Positions 29,627 through 40,394 of a stretch of 64,000 bases of DNA are shown here, one piece after another. Origin of the DNA: an uncultured Methanosarcinaceae archaeon (GTDB lineage: Archaea; Halobacteriota; Methanosarcinia; Methanosarcinales; Methanosarcinaceae); assembly GCA_963847185.1 (NCBI GenBank), contig CAWJYV010000005.1, positions 1 to 64,000 on the forward strand, written 5' to 3'. Made by a program: the position numbers and the translations under genes. The notes below the pieces were generated by a model. It was not told where the DNA came from and made no database searches. It worked only from the letters and a program-made list of their open reading frames with translations. Each line of letters begins with the position of its first letter. Within the stretch, counting starts at the first letter, position 1.

Positions 29627-31726
29627 ATGGTGTATAATAATAACCAGAACATAGACGAGTCTTCTGTAAAGACGGACGAATCCGCCCCAAAATCGGGCGA
29701 TCCTGTTCCGAACGTAGACGAGTCTGTGGCCGACCAGAGAAAGGATGAGTCCGGTGTGGGTATGACCGTGTCTGAATCCAATCCGGCAACGGCCGAGTCT
29801 GAATCCTATAATAATGATATGGATGAAGATATTGATATCGGGCTCCATTTCGAAGATACATCTAATATAGATGTCCCGAAACTTCTTATCGATCAGGTGC
29901 TGGGACAGGAGCATGCAGTCGAAGTCGTAAAAAAGGCAGCCAGCCAGAGACGACATATTATGATGATTGGGACACCAGGGACAGGAAAGTCTCTGCTTGC
30001 AAAGGCAATGGCCGAACTTCTTCCGAAGGAAGAACTCAAAGACATCCTTGTATATCCCAACATGGAAGATCTGAACAATCCCAAAATCAGAGAGGTTCCA
30101 GCCGGTAAGGGTAGAGAAATCGTTATGGCTCACAAGATGGAGGCAAGAAAGAAATCCCAGGCTCGGAACATGCTCATGATGCTCTTTGTAGTGGGTATTA
30201 TTGTTTATTCTTATTTTGTTTACCAATTGCTTTGGGGTGTCATTGCAGGTATCATGATTCTTATGTTAACCCGCCAGTTCCTTCCTAAAGAGGAAATGAT
30301 GATCCCTAAACTGGCCGTTTCCAATTATGACAAGGAGCATGCTCCCTATATTGATGCAACCGGAGCTCACGCAGGAGCTCTTCTTGGTGATGTCAGGCAC
30401 GATCCTTTCCAGTCCGGAGGACTTGAAACTCCTGCTCACGACAGGGTGGAAGCAGGAGATATTCACAAAGCGCATAAGGGTGTGCTTTTTATTGACGAGA
30501 TTAACACTCTCAGGCTGGAATCTCAGCAGAGTCTCCTGACTGCTCTTCAGGAAAAGGAATACCCTATTACAGGGCAGTCCGAAAGAAGTTCTGGAGCTCT
30601 TGTTAAAACCGAGCCTGTACCCTGTGACTTTATTATGGTCTCTGCAGGGAACCTGGATGCTGTGCAGAAGATGCACCCTGCACTCAGGTCAAGAATAAAA
30701 GGTTACGGATACGAAGTCTACATGCGAGACTCCATGGGAGACAGTCCTGAAAACCGGAATAAACTGGTCCGCTTTGTAGCTCAGGAAGTTGTCAGGGACG
30801 GACATATTCCTCACTTTGACGAAGGCGCAGTGCAGGAAGTAATCCGGGAAGCCAGAAGGCGGGCAGGCCGAAAAGGTCACCTCACACTTAAGCTCCGTGA
30901 CCTTGGCGGACTTGTGCGTGTGGCAGGAGATATCGCCCATTCAGATGGCGCTTCAATAACAACTGCAGAACACGTGCTTGCGGCAAAGAGAATTGCCAGG
31001 TCCATCGAACAGCAGCTTGCAGACAGCTATCTGGAACAGCGCAAAGAATACGAATCCTTCAGCAGAAAAGGCTCTGCTGTGGGCCGAGTCAACGGACTTG
31101 CAGTCATGGGTGGAGATTCCGGAATTGTGCTCCCCATCGTTTCAGAAGTTACGCCTGCACTCTCAGGGTCCGAAGGGCGCATTATCGCAACTGGTAAGCT
31201 AAAAACCATCGCAAAAGAAGCAGTTCAGAACGTTTCTGCCGTGATTAAGAACATGACAGGTACGGATATTTCCAAGCATGATGTCCACATCCAGTTCGTA
31301 GGTACCTATGAAGGTGTGGAAGGGGACAGTGCATCGGTCTCCATTGCAACAGCCGTTATATCTGCCATTGAAAGGATCCCTGTGGATCAGACTGTGGCAA
31401 TGACCGGTTCTCTTTCGGTCAGGGGAGATGTCCTGCCTGTAGGTGGAGTTACCTATAAGATCGAAGCTGCAGCCCAGGCCGGTTTGAAGAAAGTTATCAT
31501 CCCTAAGGCAAACGAAGCCGACGTTCTTATCGAAAAGGCATACAGAGACAAGATACAGATCATTCCTGTTTCTACTATTGCGGAAGTAATGGAACACAGC
31601 CTTGTGGGTCCAAGAAAGAACTCAATTATTGAAAGACTCAAAAACATTACAAAATTGAGTTTCGATATTCCTGAAGTTTCACCCGCTTCCGTACAGGCAA
31701 AAAACATTTTCGGGTGCAGGAACTAA
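29627..31726 (+). CDS. lonB: Archaeal membrane-anchored ATP-dependent protease LonB
   Basis: Walker A GTPGTGKS, TM insert, LFIDEIN, catalytic VEGDSAS and GGVTYKIEAA. Confidence 0.95.
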   Translation: MVYNNNQNIDESSVKTDESAPKSGDPVPNVDESVADQRKDESGVGMTVSESNPATAESESYNNDMDEDIDIGLHFEDTSNIDVPKLLIDQVLGQEHAVEVVKKAASQRRHIMMIGTPGTGKSLLAKAMAELLPKEELKDILVYPNMEDLNNPKIREVPAGKGREIVMAHKMEARKKSQARNMLMMLFVVGIIVYSYFVYQLLWGVIAGIMILMLTRQFLPKEEMMIPKLAVSNYDKEHAPYIDATGAHAGALLGDVRHDPFQSGGLETPAHDRVEAGDIHKAHKGVLFIDEINTLRLESQQSLLTALQEKEYPITGQSERSSGALVKTEPVPCDFIMVSAGNLDAVQKMHPALRSRIKGYGYEVYMRDSMGDSPENRNKLVRFVAQEVVRDGHIPHFDEGAVQEVIREARRRAGRKGHLTLKLRDLGGLVRVAGDIAHSDGASITTAEHVLAAKRIARSIEQQLADSYLEQRKEYESFSRKGSAVGRVNGLAVMGGDSGIVLPIVSEVTPALSGSEGRIIATGKLKTIAKEAVQNVSAVIKNMTGTDISKHDVHIQFVGTYEGVEGDSASVSIATAVISAIERIPVDQTVAMTGSLSVRGDVLPVGGVTYKIEAAAQAGLKKVIIPKANEADVLIEKAYRDKIQIIPVSTIAEVMEHSLVGPRKNSIIERLKNITKLSFDIPEVSPASVQAKNIFGCRN

Positions 31727-31728
31727 TC

Positions 31729-33069
31729 ATGACAGGTATTATGCAGGACATTAAGTTTTATGACTGCAGGATGATAGAGGGAAGTTCCACCTCTATAGTC
31801 CTTGATAACGGAAAGATCGAAGAAATTTCCAGAAACTTTTCACGGGGGGCTGGGGTAAGGGCTCTCTGTGGAGGTTCCTGGGGCTATACGGCTGTTGAAG
31901 GGGAAATAGACCTTAAACGTGGGGTAGAAGCTGCCTCAAAACTTGCTTTTTCTATGAATTCGAATACCCCTAAAGAAGAAGTAGAACTTGCAGCCTTGAA
32001 TTCTCCAGAGGTAAAAAATCTTCCTGAAATCAGGATAGATCCGAGAGATATTGCCATCGAGGAGAAAGTTGATCTTTTAAAGACCATTGAAGCCAGTGCG
32101 AACGTCAAAGGAGTCCACAGTACGAAAGTAATGTACCTGGAATCCGAGTTCAAAATCGAATACAGAAGCTCTGATGGTATTGAATGTGAATATGAACTTC
32201 TGAACGTTGGTTTTGCCGTTTCTGCTGTGGCTTCGGAGAACGGTTTGTACCAGGCAGGCAGGGAAAGCCGCTTTGGGTATGGTTATGAGCTTTTTGAGAA
32301 AGAAAACGTTCTCGAGCTCGCAGGCAGGGCAGGAAAAACTGCAATAGAACTCCTTAAAGCAAAAACTCCTAAAGGCGGAGAAATGCCGGTACTGCTTGAT
32401 CAGGAACTGGCTGGAGTCTTTGCTCATGAAGCTGTTGGGCATGCTTCGGAAGCCGATCTTGTCCTTGAGGGAGATTCCATTCTTGAAAACAGGATAGGAG
32501 AACAGATAGCATCTCCTCTTATTACGATTATTGATGATCCGACTCTACACGAGTTTGGGTTTTACCCGTTTGATGCCGAAGGGTCCCGATCAAGAAGGAC
32601 AGAGATCATTAGAGATGGAGTTTTAAACTCCTATCTTCATTCCCGGGAAACTGCAGCTAAACTCGGAGGAACGCCCGGAAACTGCAGAGCTCAGGGTTAT
32701 TCCATGCCCGTTGTCAGGATGAGCAATACCTTCATAGATAATGGTGATGCAAAATTTGAAGAAATGCTTGAGGACGTCAGGGATGGAATTTATCTTATAG
32801 GTTCCAGAGGCGGTCAGGTGAATACAGGGGAAGGGATTTTCCAGTTTAATGCTGAGAAAGGATATCTGATAAAGAATGGGGAACTTTCCGAGCTAATAAG
32901 GGATGTTTCCCTCTCAGGTAAGACCCTTGAGATTCTTAATCATGTGACTCTGGTGGGCAATGACCTGAAAATGACTTCAGGCAGATGTGGAAAAGCCGGG
33001 CAGCTTGTACCTGTATCAGATGGTTCTCCTCATATTTCCATTTCGAAAGCCCTTGTAGGAGGTGCCTGA
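31729..33069 (+). CDS. tldD: TldD metalloprotease
   Basis: HEAVGHASE, FDAEG, VRMSNT, CGKAGQLVPV. Confidence 0.9.
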   Translation: MTGIMQDIKFYDCRMIEGSSTSIVLDNGKIEEISRNFSRGAGVRALCGGSWGYTAVEGEIDLKRGVEAASKLAFSMNSNTPKEEVELAALNSPEVKNLPEIRIDPRDIAIEEKVDLLKTIEASANVKGVHSTKVMYLESEFKIEYRSSDGIECEYELLNVGFAVSAVASENGLYQAGRESRFGYGYELFEKENVLELAGRAGKTAIELLKAKTPKGGEMPVLLDQELAGVFAHEAVGHASEADLVLEGDSILENRIGEQIASPLITIIDDPTLHEFGFYPFDAEGSRSRRTEIIRDGVLNSYLHSRETAAKLGGTPGNCRAQGYSMPVVRMSNTFIDNGDAKFEEMLEDVRDGIYLIGSRGGQVNTGEGIFQFNAEKGYLIKNGELSELIRDVSLSGKTLEILNHVTLVGNDLKMTSGRCGKAGQLVPVSDGSPHISISKALVGGA

Positions 33070-33071
33070 AG

Positions 33072-34382
33072 ATGTACGAGCTTGCAAGAAAAGCCCTCAT
33101 TCTGGCAGAAAAAGCAGGGGCAGAAGAAGCTGAGATCTATTACAATTCAAGTCACTCAACGAGTGTTAATTTCAAAAAGGACGCTCTTGAGAGTGCCAAA
33201 GATCGTTTCTCAGAAGGCATCGGAATCCGGGCAATTGTGAATGGAGCAGTGGGATTTGCCAGCACGAATTCTGCACGAGATCTCGAAAATACTGTAGAAA
33301 TTGCAGTTGCTGAAGCCAGAATACGGGAAAACGATCCAGAATGGATTGGGCTTCCTTCCAATGGCAAATACCCTGTGGTCTCGGGAATTTTTGATAAAAA
33401 AGTTGAAGCTCTTGAACTTGAAAAGTGTATTGACTATGCAATGGATCTTGTCGAGGGCACAAAAGAGACTCCAGGTACACTTCCAACCTCTGGAGGGTTT
33501 AACAGGGGAAAAAGCAGGCGGCTTATCCTGAATACAAACGGGATTGAAATTGAAGAGGAATCCACAGCTATTTCCGGTTTTGTAGATGTTATTACTGTGA
33601 AAGGGCAAACTTCTACAGCATATGATTTTGCAGTTTCCAGGTCTCTTGATATTGATTTTTTTGCTATCGGGAAAAATGCATCAGAACTTGCCCTGAAGTC
33701 CAGTGGTGGAATTAAAATCGAGCCTCAAAAGACTGATGTAATCTTTCATCCTTTTGCCTTTTCAGATATTCTTGAAGAAGCTCTTGCCCCCTCCCTTGAT
33801 GCGGACAATGTCCAGAAGGGAAGATCAGGCCTGAAAGACAAAATAGGGGAAGAGCTGACGGTTCCTGACCTCTCGATCTACGACGATGGGCTTGTTGAAG
33901 CAGGAATTGAGACTTCAGCTTCGGATGACGAGGGAGTGCCCTCACAGCGTACAACTGTTATTGAGAATGGGATACTTGAAACGTATCTATATGACAGTTA
34001 TACGGCAGGTAAAGCAGGTGTGAAAAGCACAGGAAACGGCTCAAGGTCTTCTTATACAAGCCCACCTTCAGTAGGGCTCAGAAACTTCATCATCAAGTAT
34101 CCCAGAACAGATATTATCGCTGATACGGATTCCGGTATTTTCGTAAATACCATTATCGGAGCTCATACTGCAAATTCAATCTCAGGGGACTTCTCCGTAG
34201 AAGCCAGAAACTCTTTTACAATAAAGGATGGAGCTCTTGATAAGCCTGTAAAGTCTCTAATGATTTCGGGAAATGCTTTCGAACTCTTAAAGAGCATCAC
34301 AGGTGCAGGTTTTGATGTCAGGAAAGTGGGAGGTATAATTACGCCTTCTATACGGGTTTCGGATATGAGCGTAATCGGATAA
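33072..34382 (+). CDS. pmbA: TldE/PmbA family protein
   Basis: DDEGVP, TGNG.R, GAHTANSISGDFS, TPSIRV; lacks HExxxH. Confidence 0.88.
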   Translation: MYELARKALILAEKAGAEEAEIYYNSSHSTSVNFKKDALESAKDRFSEGIGIRAIVNGAVGFASTNSARDLENTVEIAVAEARIRENDPEWIGLPSNGKYPVVSGIFDKKVEALELEKCIDYAMDLVEGTKETPGTLPTSGGFNRGKSRRLILNTNGIEIEEESTAISGFVDVITVKGQTSTAYDFAVSRSLDIDFFAIGKNASELALKSSGGIKIEPQKTDVIFHPFAFSDILEEALAPSLDADNVQKGRSGLKDKIGEELTVPDLSIYDDGLVEAGIETSASDDEGVPSQRTTVIENGILETYLYDSYTAGKAGVKSTGNGSRSSYTSPPSVGLRNFIIKYPRTDIIADTDSGIFVNTIIGAHTANSISGDFSVEARNSFTIKDGALDKPVKSLMISGNAFELLKSITGAGFDVRKVGGIITPSIRVSDMSVIG

Positions 34383-34536
34383 AGGCTCTAAAAAGCCTTT
34401 TTAAAGCCTTTTCTCCAAACTTTTGAGTTTCCGTTTTTATAAAATTAGCTTTGTATGGATTTTTCTCTAAAAATCAGAAAATCAGTTTTTTATAAGCTAA
34501 TTTTTTATAAGCTAATTTTTTGTATAATATTATTCT

Positions 34537-34606
34537 TTATCTGTCTGGAGTAGACAATTTTAGTCAATAATTATCTGTCTGGAGTAGACAATTTTAGTCA
34601 ATAATT
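34537..34606. repeat. 34-bp tandem duplication
   Basis: TTATCTGTCTGGAGTAGACAATTTTAGTCAATAA at 34537 and 34571. Confidence 0.85.
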
Positions 34607-34644
34607 TAGTATTTGATATGGCAGAAGATTTCTGTTGTTATTAA

Positions 34645-35106
34645 TTATTCAGGTTTTTCACCTTTAACTACGAGCACAGGTTTCTTTGAATGTCTGACCA
34701 CATTTTCGGCTACACTTCCCAGCAGGAACCTTTCGAGTCCGGTTTTACCAAGTGTCCCCATTACTATCATGTCAATGTCATTTTGCTCCGCAAAATCTAC
34801 TATTCTTTCTGCCGGATATCCTTCTAAAAGCACGGATTCGACCTCTACGTTTACCGCTTTAGCAGCTTCTTCCACAGAAGCTGTGGCTCTTTCTCCTTCA
34901 GTTCTGAAATGCTCCATAGAGGCTTTTTCCCATCCGAAATCTCTGAGAGAATGGGCTGCAGGAATTACCACATATACAGCGTAGAGTTCTGCTCCGCTAA
35001 GTCTGGCAATCTCAATCCCTGCTTCAACCGCCTTTTTACTGAGTTCCGAACCATCGGTAGCAACCATTATCTTTTTAAATCCCCCTCTCATTTTCAAATC
35101 CCTCAA
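34645..35106 (-). CDS. Universal stress protein
   Basis: KIMVATDGS...DMIVMGTLGKTGLERFLLGSVAE. Confidence 0.92.
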   Translation of the reverse strand: MRDLKMRGGFKKIMVATDGSELSKKAVEAGIEIARLSGAELYAVYVVIPAAHSLRDFGWEKASMEHFRTEGERATASVEEAAKAVNVEVESVLLEGYPAERIVDFAEQNDIDMIVMGTLGKTGLERFLLGSVAENVVRHSKKPVLVVKGEKPE

Positions 35107-35535
35107 TTGCCTCTTTTCCTACATGTTCTAAGCTCTGCTTTCTGAAACATTCCTGGGCATGGATCTATTATTATCGTGCAGCTTTTCTATAATGTGTTTA
35201 GCGGCAATTACTGCTCTTATATATTCTATATTATATATTCTATAAATTACTTTTTAATAAATGAATAAATAATTAATGCTATCGTCCACTTATAATTTTT
35301 AAAAGACTATGTAAAATATATTCAGTAAAAGTTGTTTATACTTACTTGAGATATTGTTTATAAATTATAGGGGAATTATTTTAGAGCTTTTAATCAGGTA
35401 ATATCTCCTCCAATTTTCCTTGAAAGGAAAATAAGCTCATATTTCTTCATATATTTCTCTTTTTTTATCACAAAAAGATATCTGCGTTTTCGCGTACCAA
35501 TACACTTATATATTGCTTAATCCTCAGAAGGAGCT

Positions 35536-35633
35536 GGTGAACGGGCATAGCTCAAAATCAAATATTATTGACAATAATTATATCCAACATATTTTAACCT
35601 CCTCCAAAAACCCCGTTCACTGAACTGTTTTTT
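35536..35633 (+). ncRNA. Candidate small RNA
   Basis: TATA at 35506-35512; 5' GGTGAACGGG pairs with 3' CCCGTTCACT; T-tract follows. Confidence 0.35.
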
Positions 35634-35767
35634 AATATCTTTTCTATGTTTATACAAGTAATTCTTAGTTATTCTTTCCCTACTTACATTTAGTTCCAGA
35701 TTCTCTTTTCTTATATTTTTTAGAACTCCTCCTTTCAAAAAAGTTTTTTTGAATATTCTTTTTACTC

Positions 35768-36706
35768 TCAATACGCGATACTCAGCAGTATTAGCAAAAT
35801 GAAGAGTCTGACTAAAACGCTTATGGCCGTTGAATATCCAACAATCTGAATGCCCAGCCTCGTCCCGAAAATTGCCACTTTTCCCGGAAGCTGGCTGCGA
35901 ACTGCAAAAATAGGAAGCATGAACATGCTGCCAAGCATGAGCACGATCATCGCCTGAATATTTGTTATTTCTCCTGAATGTAGCATGGGGCCAAGAAGAG
36001 AGATTCCAAGTATAGGGCTTGCAACATAGCTTGTCAGCGGAACGATGGATTCGGGAGGTATTCTAAAAAGTTCAGCAAGAGGGAGTACACTGAAAATTCC
36101 AAAAGCTCCCTGTTCCTGAAGAACAAAAATAATAGTTGTTGCAATTATGTAGATTCCTGCAATCTTCAAAAAAGCCCTGAATTCTTTTCTAAAAGCCCTT
36201 GTAAAAGCAGTTCTCAGTGATACTTTCTCTTTGTTTTGGGTTTCAGGAGCTCTACAGGAGTTGCCTTTAAGAAATATTTTACTTGCAACTGCAATTAACA
36301 GAATTTTGATTATTGCAGTGATTACAAATACCAGGGAATAAAATCCTCCTACAACAAGCCCAAGGGCTGGCAGAACGATTGGGATCTGGTAAGTAAAAAG
36401 TTCCCGAAAATAAGCAGGGGTAGCGTTCATCATTGCACAGAGCAGGATTTCTCTGTCATCCAGACAATTTTCTTTTTTTCCCTGGATAAGCATGCTGTTT
36501 CCAGCCACTGTAGACCCTATTGATACTACAAAAGCTGAAGCACAGGTTTCAGGCAGATTAGTATGGGCAAAAATGGGGCTTGCAAGCCTGGAGAATTTTT
36601 GCATCAAGCCAAGTTCCATAAGCACACCGGTGCCTATAAGCCCGACAAAAATCATTCCAAGTACCGGGAGTGCAAAGTCCAGCACCTTGAGAAAAAGTTC
36701 TATCAT
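35768..36706 (-). CDS. Nucleoside-recognition (Gate) domain membrane protein
   Basis: Polytopic hydrophobic ORF with an internal repeated architecture (LPETCA..F / IPPESIVP). Confidence 0.7.
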   Translation of the reverse strand: MIELFLKVLDFALPVLGMIFVGLIGTGVLMELGLMQKFSRLASPIFAHTNLPETCASAFVVSIGSTVAGNSMLIQGKKENCLDDREILLCAMMNATPAYFRELFTYQIPIVLPALGLVVGGFYSLVFVITAIIKILLIAVASKIFLKGNSCRAPETQNKEKVSLRTAFTRAFRKEFRAFLKIAGIYIIATTIIFVLQEQGAFGIFSVLPLAELFRIPPESIVPLTSYVASPILGISLLGPMLHSGEITNIQAMIVLMLGSMFMLPIFAVRSQLPGKVAIFGTRLGIQIVGYSTAISVLVRLFILLILLSIAY

Positions 36707-36785
36707 TGGAAGTCATCTGGATAAAAAGGTAAATCAATCTTTTCCGGGAAATTCCGGGACTCTTTGCTTGAAAAATATCAGCGCC

Positions 36786-37253
36786 TTATTTCTCTTTTTC
36801 AACGTTTTCTTCTCTTACAACAAGAGCTGCTTTCCTTGAATGCCTTACTACTTTTTCGGCCACGCTTCCCAGCAGGAGCTTTTCGAGTCCGGTTTTTCCC
36901 AGTGTTCCCATTATTATAAGGTCAATATCGTTTTTTTCTGCAAAATCGACAATTTCATTTGCAGGGCTTCCTTCAAGTATCACGGATTCGACCTCCACGT
37001 TTTGAGCTTTTGCAGCGTTCTCTATATAAGAAACAGCTTCCTTGCCTTCAATTCTGAAATAGTCAAGAGCAGCCTTTTCCCATCCCGCTTCTTTAGGATA
37101 AGCTGTCGATAATCCCGTATACGAAATTACATATACGGCATAAAGCTTTGCCTCACTCAACTTTGCTATCTCAATTGACGTAGCTACTGCTTTTTTGACG
37201 AATTCCGAACCATCGGTTGCAATCATTATCTTCCTGTAAATGTTACTCTTCAT
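36786..37253 (-). CDS. Universal stress protein
   Basis: KIMIATDGS...MGTLGKTGLEKLLLGSVAE. Confidence 0.92.
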   Translation of the reverse strand: MKSNIYRKIMIATDGSEFVKKAVATSIEIAKLSEAKLYAVYVISYTGLSTAYPKEAGWEKAALDYFRIEGKEAVSYIENAAKAQNVEVESVILEGSPANEIVDFAEKNDIDLIIMGTLGKTGLEKLLLGSVAEKVVRHSRKAALVVREENVEKEK

Positions 37254-37471
37254 CCCTGATCCCTTTTCTTCTAAGGTTTGTATATTAATATAAAGATGCT
37301 CCTTTATATATTCTCATTCTGGAGCACGAACAGATAATCGGTGAATAAATTCTTTTTATAAATCAGGAACTAAAAAATAATAACAAATAGGAAATAGCCC
37401 GGAACTCTTAGAATACTGTATTATTCTTTTTGTTCCCTTGAGGCTTAGTTATAGCTCATTCATTTTACTCA

Positions 37472-37981
37472 TTAAGGTTTTTCTATATCTATAAAAATTA
37501 GAGCATGTGTTGGGCAAGCCTCAACACAGGCAGGCAATTCCCTGCCCTGGCAGAGGTCACACTTTACTCCTTTTTCTATTTGTCTGTTGATTACTTCACG
37601 ATTGGAGGCCATGGAGCTGGTCCAGCAGCCTATACCAAGAATTAATTGATATAGGGGAGAAAAGCGGGTACAAACCATGGAGCAGGTCCAGCAGTCTACG
37701 CAGAGATCGGGAGTGTGTTTTACAATTCCTGTAATTTCATCCCGGGAAAGAGCCTTTGTTGGGCAAACTGAGGCACAGGGGGCATTCTCACAGTGGCGGC
37801 AGGTGATTGGAGTGTAGATTTCAAGGCCAGGGCTGCACTCCACATAGATGCGTTTTTTAGGAGCTGGTTTTTCCCCTAAAGCCGAAAAGAGATTTTTACT
37901 CTGTGAATGCTCAACGGCACACGCAATCTCACAGGAGCGACAACCCATGCAGAGTTCATGCCGTATCATCAAATCTTTCAC
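37472..37981 (-). CDS. cooF: CooF-like 4Fe-4S ferredoxin
   Basis: CMGCRSCEIAC, CRHCENAPCASVCP, CVDCWTCSMVC, KCDLC...PACVEACP. Confidence 0.85.
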   Translation of the reverse strand: MKDLMIRHELCMGCRSCEIACAVEHSQSKNLFSALGEKPAPKKRIYVECSPGLEIYTPITCRHCENAPCASVCPTKALSRDEITGIVKHTPDLCVDCWTCSMVCTRFSPLYQLILGIGCWTSSMASNREVINRQIEKGVKCDLCQGRELPACVEACPTHALIFIDIEKP

Positions 37982-37987
37982 TATAAA

Positions 37988-39871
37988 TCACCTCTCTGAG
38001 CTCAAGCCAAGAGCCTTTCTTTTTCCGTCAATGTGCTTAAGCATCAGGTCTGCAGCTTTGAAGGGGTCAGGTTCAACTGCAAAGCTTGCTCCAATAACGT
38101 TATTTAAGTCTCTTGTCAGAAGGGTTGTAACTTCCTGGCTTCCGAGAACAGCGGGAACAGTACCGAGAACTGTGTATACTCCTGAAGAAACCACATAAGC
38201 TCCTATACTAACTGCCTTTTCACTCATCCATTCAGGAGCTGCCCCTGCTACAGGAAGATCGCTAATGTCCACTCCCAGTCTGTTTGCAATCGCTGATGAG
38301 AGCAAGAGAATGCGGCTGATGTCAACACATGAACCCATGTGCAGCACCGGAGGTATTCCAAGGATTTTACAGACAGCTCTTAGCCCTTCTCCTGCAAGTT
38401 CGGAGGCTTCAGGCACGAGCAGTCCGGCTTCAGCACATGCAATTGCATTGCAGCCAGTCGTGACTACAAGCACATTATTTTTGATAAGTTCTTTAACAAG
38501 ATTGACATGTCCATAGTTGTGCGTTATTTTTACATTATTGCATCCGACAACCGCGCCTATTCCCCAAACAGCCCCACTTTTTATCGCTTCTATAAGAGGA
38601 TCAGGACTTCCTCCAAGTGCATTGAGTATGGATTCTGCACTGAAACCTATCATGCATTCCTGCTTTTCTTCCGGGATATTTACCTTTTTTAGATTCCTAT
38701 TCGGGAAATTTTCAATGGCTGTTCTTACAATTTCTTTTGCGGTTTCATAAGCTCTTTCTTCATGGAATTCCATCCGCAAAGTATTCGGAAAATCCGCTTT
38801 TGGTGATGTGGATATGAATTTTGTATGGTAGCAGCCTGTAAGTTCTCCAAGGGATGGCATCACGCACTGGACATCCACAACCATAGCTTCCACAGCTCCG
38901 GTAATCACTGCCAGTTCCTGCTGAAGGAAGGTCCCTGCTATGGGAGTTCCGTGACGCATTAAGGTTTCATTTCCCGTACAGCAGATTCCTGAGACATTTA
39001 TACCATTTGCACCTTTTTCCTGTGCCAGTTTAAGAAGTTCGGGATCCTCTGCAGCTTCTACGATCATTTCTGAGAGGATAGGTTCATGCCCGTGGACGAT
39101 TACATTTACCTTATCCCTGGAAAGTACTCCCAGATTAACGATGCTCTTCTTTGGCTGAGGAGTTCCGAAAAGTATATCCTGGACATCAGTAGCTATCATC
39201 GACCCTCCCCAGCCGTCCGATAGTCCTGTACGCAGTCCCTGCAGCAGGATGTGAGTTGCATTGTTGTCCACACCCATGTGGGTTCTGTGCATGCACTCTA
39301 CAATTTCTCTGTCAATTCCTCTGGGTTCTATCCCAAGTTCGGTCCAGAGTCTTAGCCTCGAATTCGGAGCTCGCCTTGTGCACAGGATAGGTCCATTCTG
39401 TTTTCCAAATTCCATAAGCAGCACATCGGCAAGTTTAGACGCCACTTCCTTCGAGCTTTTTCCTTCTGTCTGAATCCCGTACTCAGAGGCAAGGGCTAAT
39501 AACTTTGTTTCGTCTTTTATTCGGTAACTTGCAGCTTCTCCTTCACTCATTTTCTTAAAGGTTAATACTACATCCCTTGCATGATCAGAGTGTGCAGCTG
39601 CACCCGCGGCAATTGTTCTCAGGAGGTTTCTTGCAACTATAATGTCTGCAGTAGCTCCGCATATCCCTTTTTCAGCTCCCTCTCCGAATGGATCTATTCT
39701 GCATGGGCCCATGTTACAATTCCGACAGCAGACTCCAAGCTGTCCGAAACTGCACTGAGGTAGCTGTTTTTCGTATCTATCCCAGGCAGTCTCTATATTT
39801 TCTTCTTCAGCTTTTCGAAGCATCATCTGGCTTGCAGAGTCAATGCTTTTCTCATACTCCTTCTGTCTCAT
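37988..39871 (-). CDS. cooS: Monofunctional anaerobic Ni,Fe carbon monoxide dehydrogenase
   Basis: D/B-cluster CSFG..GVCCRNCNMGPC; C-cluster ligands GHEP, CCTGNE, DVQC, GCNN, TGC, GSCVD. Confidence 0.95.
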   Translation of the reverse strand: MRQKEYEKSIDSASQMMLRKAEEENIETAWDRYEKQLPQCSFGQLGVCCRNCNMGPCRIDPFGEGAEKGICGATADIIVARNLLRTIAAGAAAHSDHARDVVLTFKKMSEGEAASYRIKDETKLLALASEYGIQTEGKSSKEVASKLADVLLMEFGKQNGPILCTRRAPNSRLRLWTELGIEPRGIDREIVECMHRTHMGVDNNATHILLQGLRTGLSDGWGGSMIATDVQDILFGTPQPKKSIVNLGVLSRDKVNVIVHGHEPILSEMIVEAAEDPELLKLAQEKGANGINVSGICCTGNETLMRHGTPIAGTFLQQELAVITGAVEAMVVDVQCVMPSLGELTGCYHTKFISTSPKADFPNTLRMEFHEERAYETAKEIVRTAIENFPNRNLKKVNIPEEKQECMIGFSAESILNALGGSPDPLIEAIKSGAVWGIGAVVGCNNVKITHNYGHVNLVKELIKNNVLVVTTGCNAIACAEAGLLVPEASELAGEGLRAVCKILGIPPVLHMGSCVDISRILLLSSAIANRLGVDISDLPVAGAAPEWMSEKAVSIGAYVVSSGVYTVLGTVPAVLGSQEVTTLLTRDLNNVIGASFAVEPDPFKAADLMLKHIDGKRKALGLSSER

Positions 39872-40394
39872 TTGATACCCCAGACCTTACTTTTGTCCCT
39901 TCTAAATTACCTAATGTTTCAGTTAGTTTCTGGCATAATAAATTCTGAAACTGTGGTCTGAAACAAGTTTACTCAGATGATTCTTTCTTTTTTATCAGCT
40001 ATATAATTAAAAAAGAGGCTGAAAAACTGAAATTCAGAACATCGTAAAGAGTCATCAACTTCATATTTTATAAACTTTCACAAAAGTTGTTACCTTTTTT
40101 ATATACTCTTATAAAAAAACGTTATTGATTTATATACATTTGTGAAAAAAACAATATGTTAATATATATTTAAGGTTATTACATCCGACAGAATTTCTAA
40201 TAAGTCAAATTTCAGCAATTGTAAATATATAGATTACATTAAAATAGGAGGATGAATTGAATACCGTAGATAGCAGGATAAAGTCCCCATCTGCAGACAA
40301 AGAAACAGTAGCAATTAAAAGCAATTAGTTATCCCGAGTAAAGCAAAATTCGGTTTCCTCCTAATAGTAAAAGTGGTTTTGATGGTGAATTCTG

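Noticed and set aside
29597-31707. Antisense and alternate-frame ORFs across lonB and other core genes
   Set aside because: Shadow ORFs of well-supported genes, with no motifs or RBS
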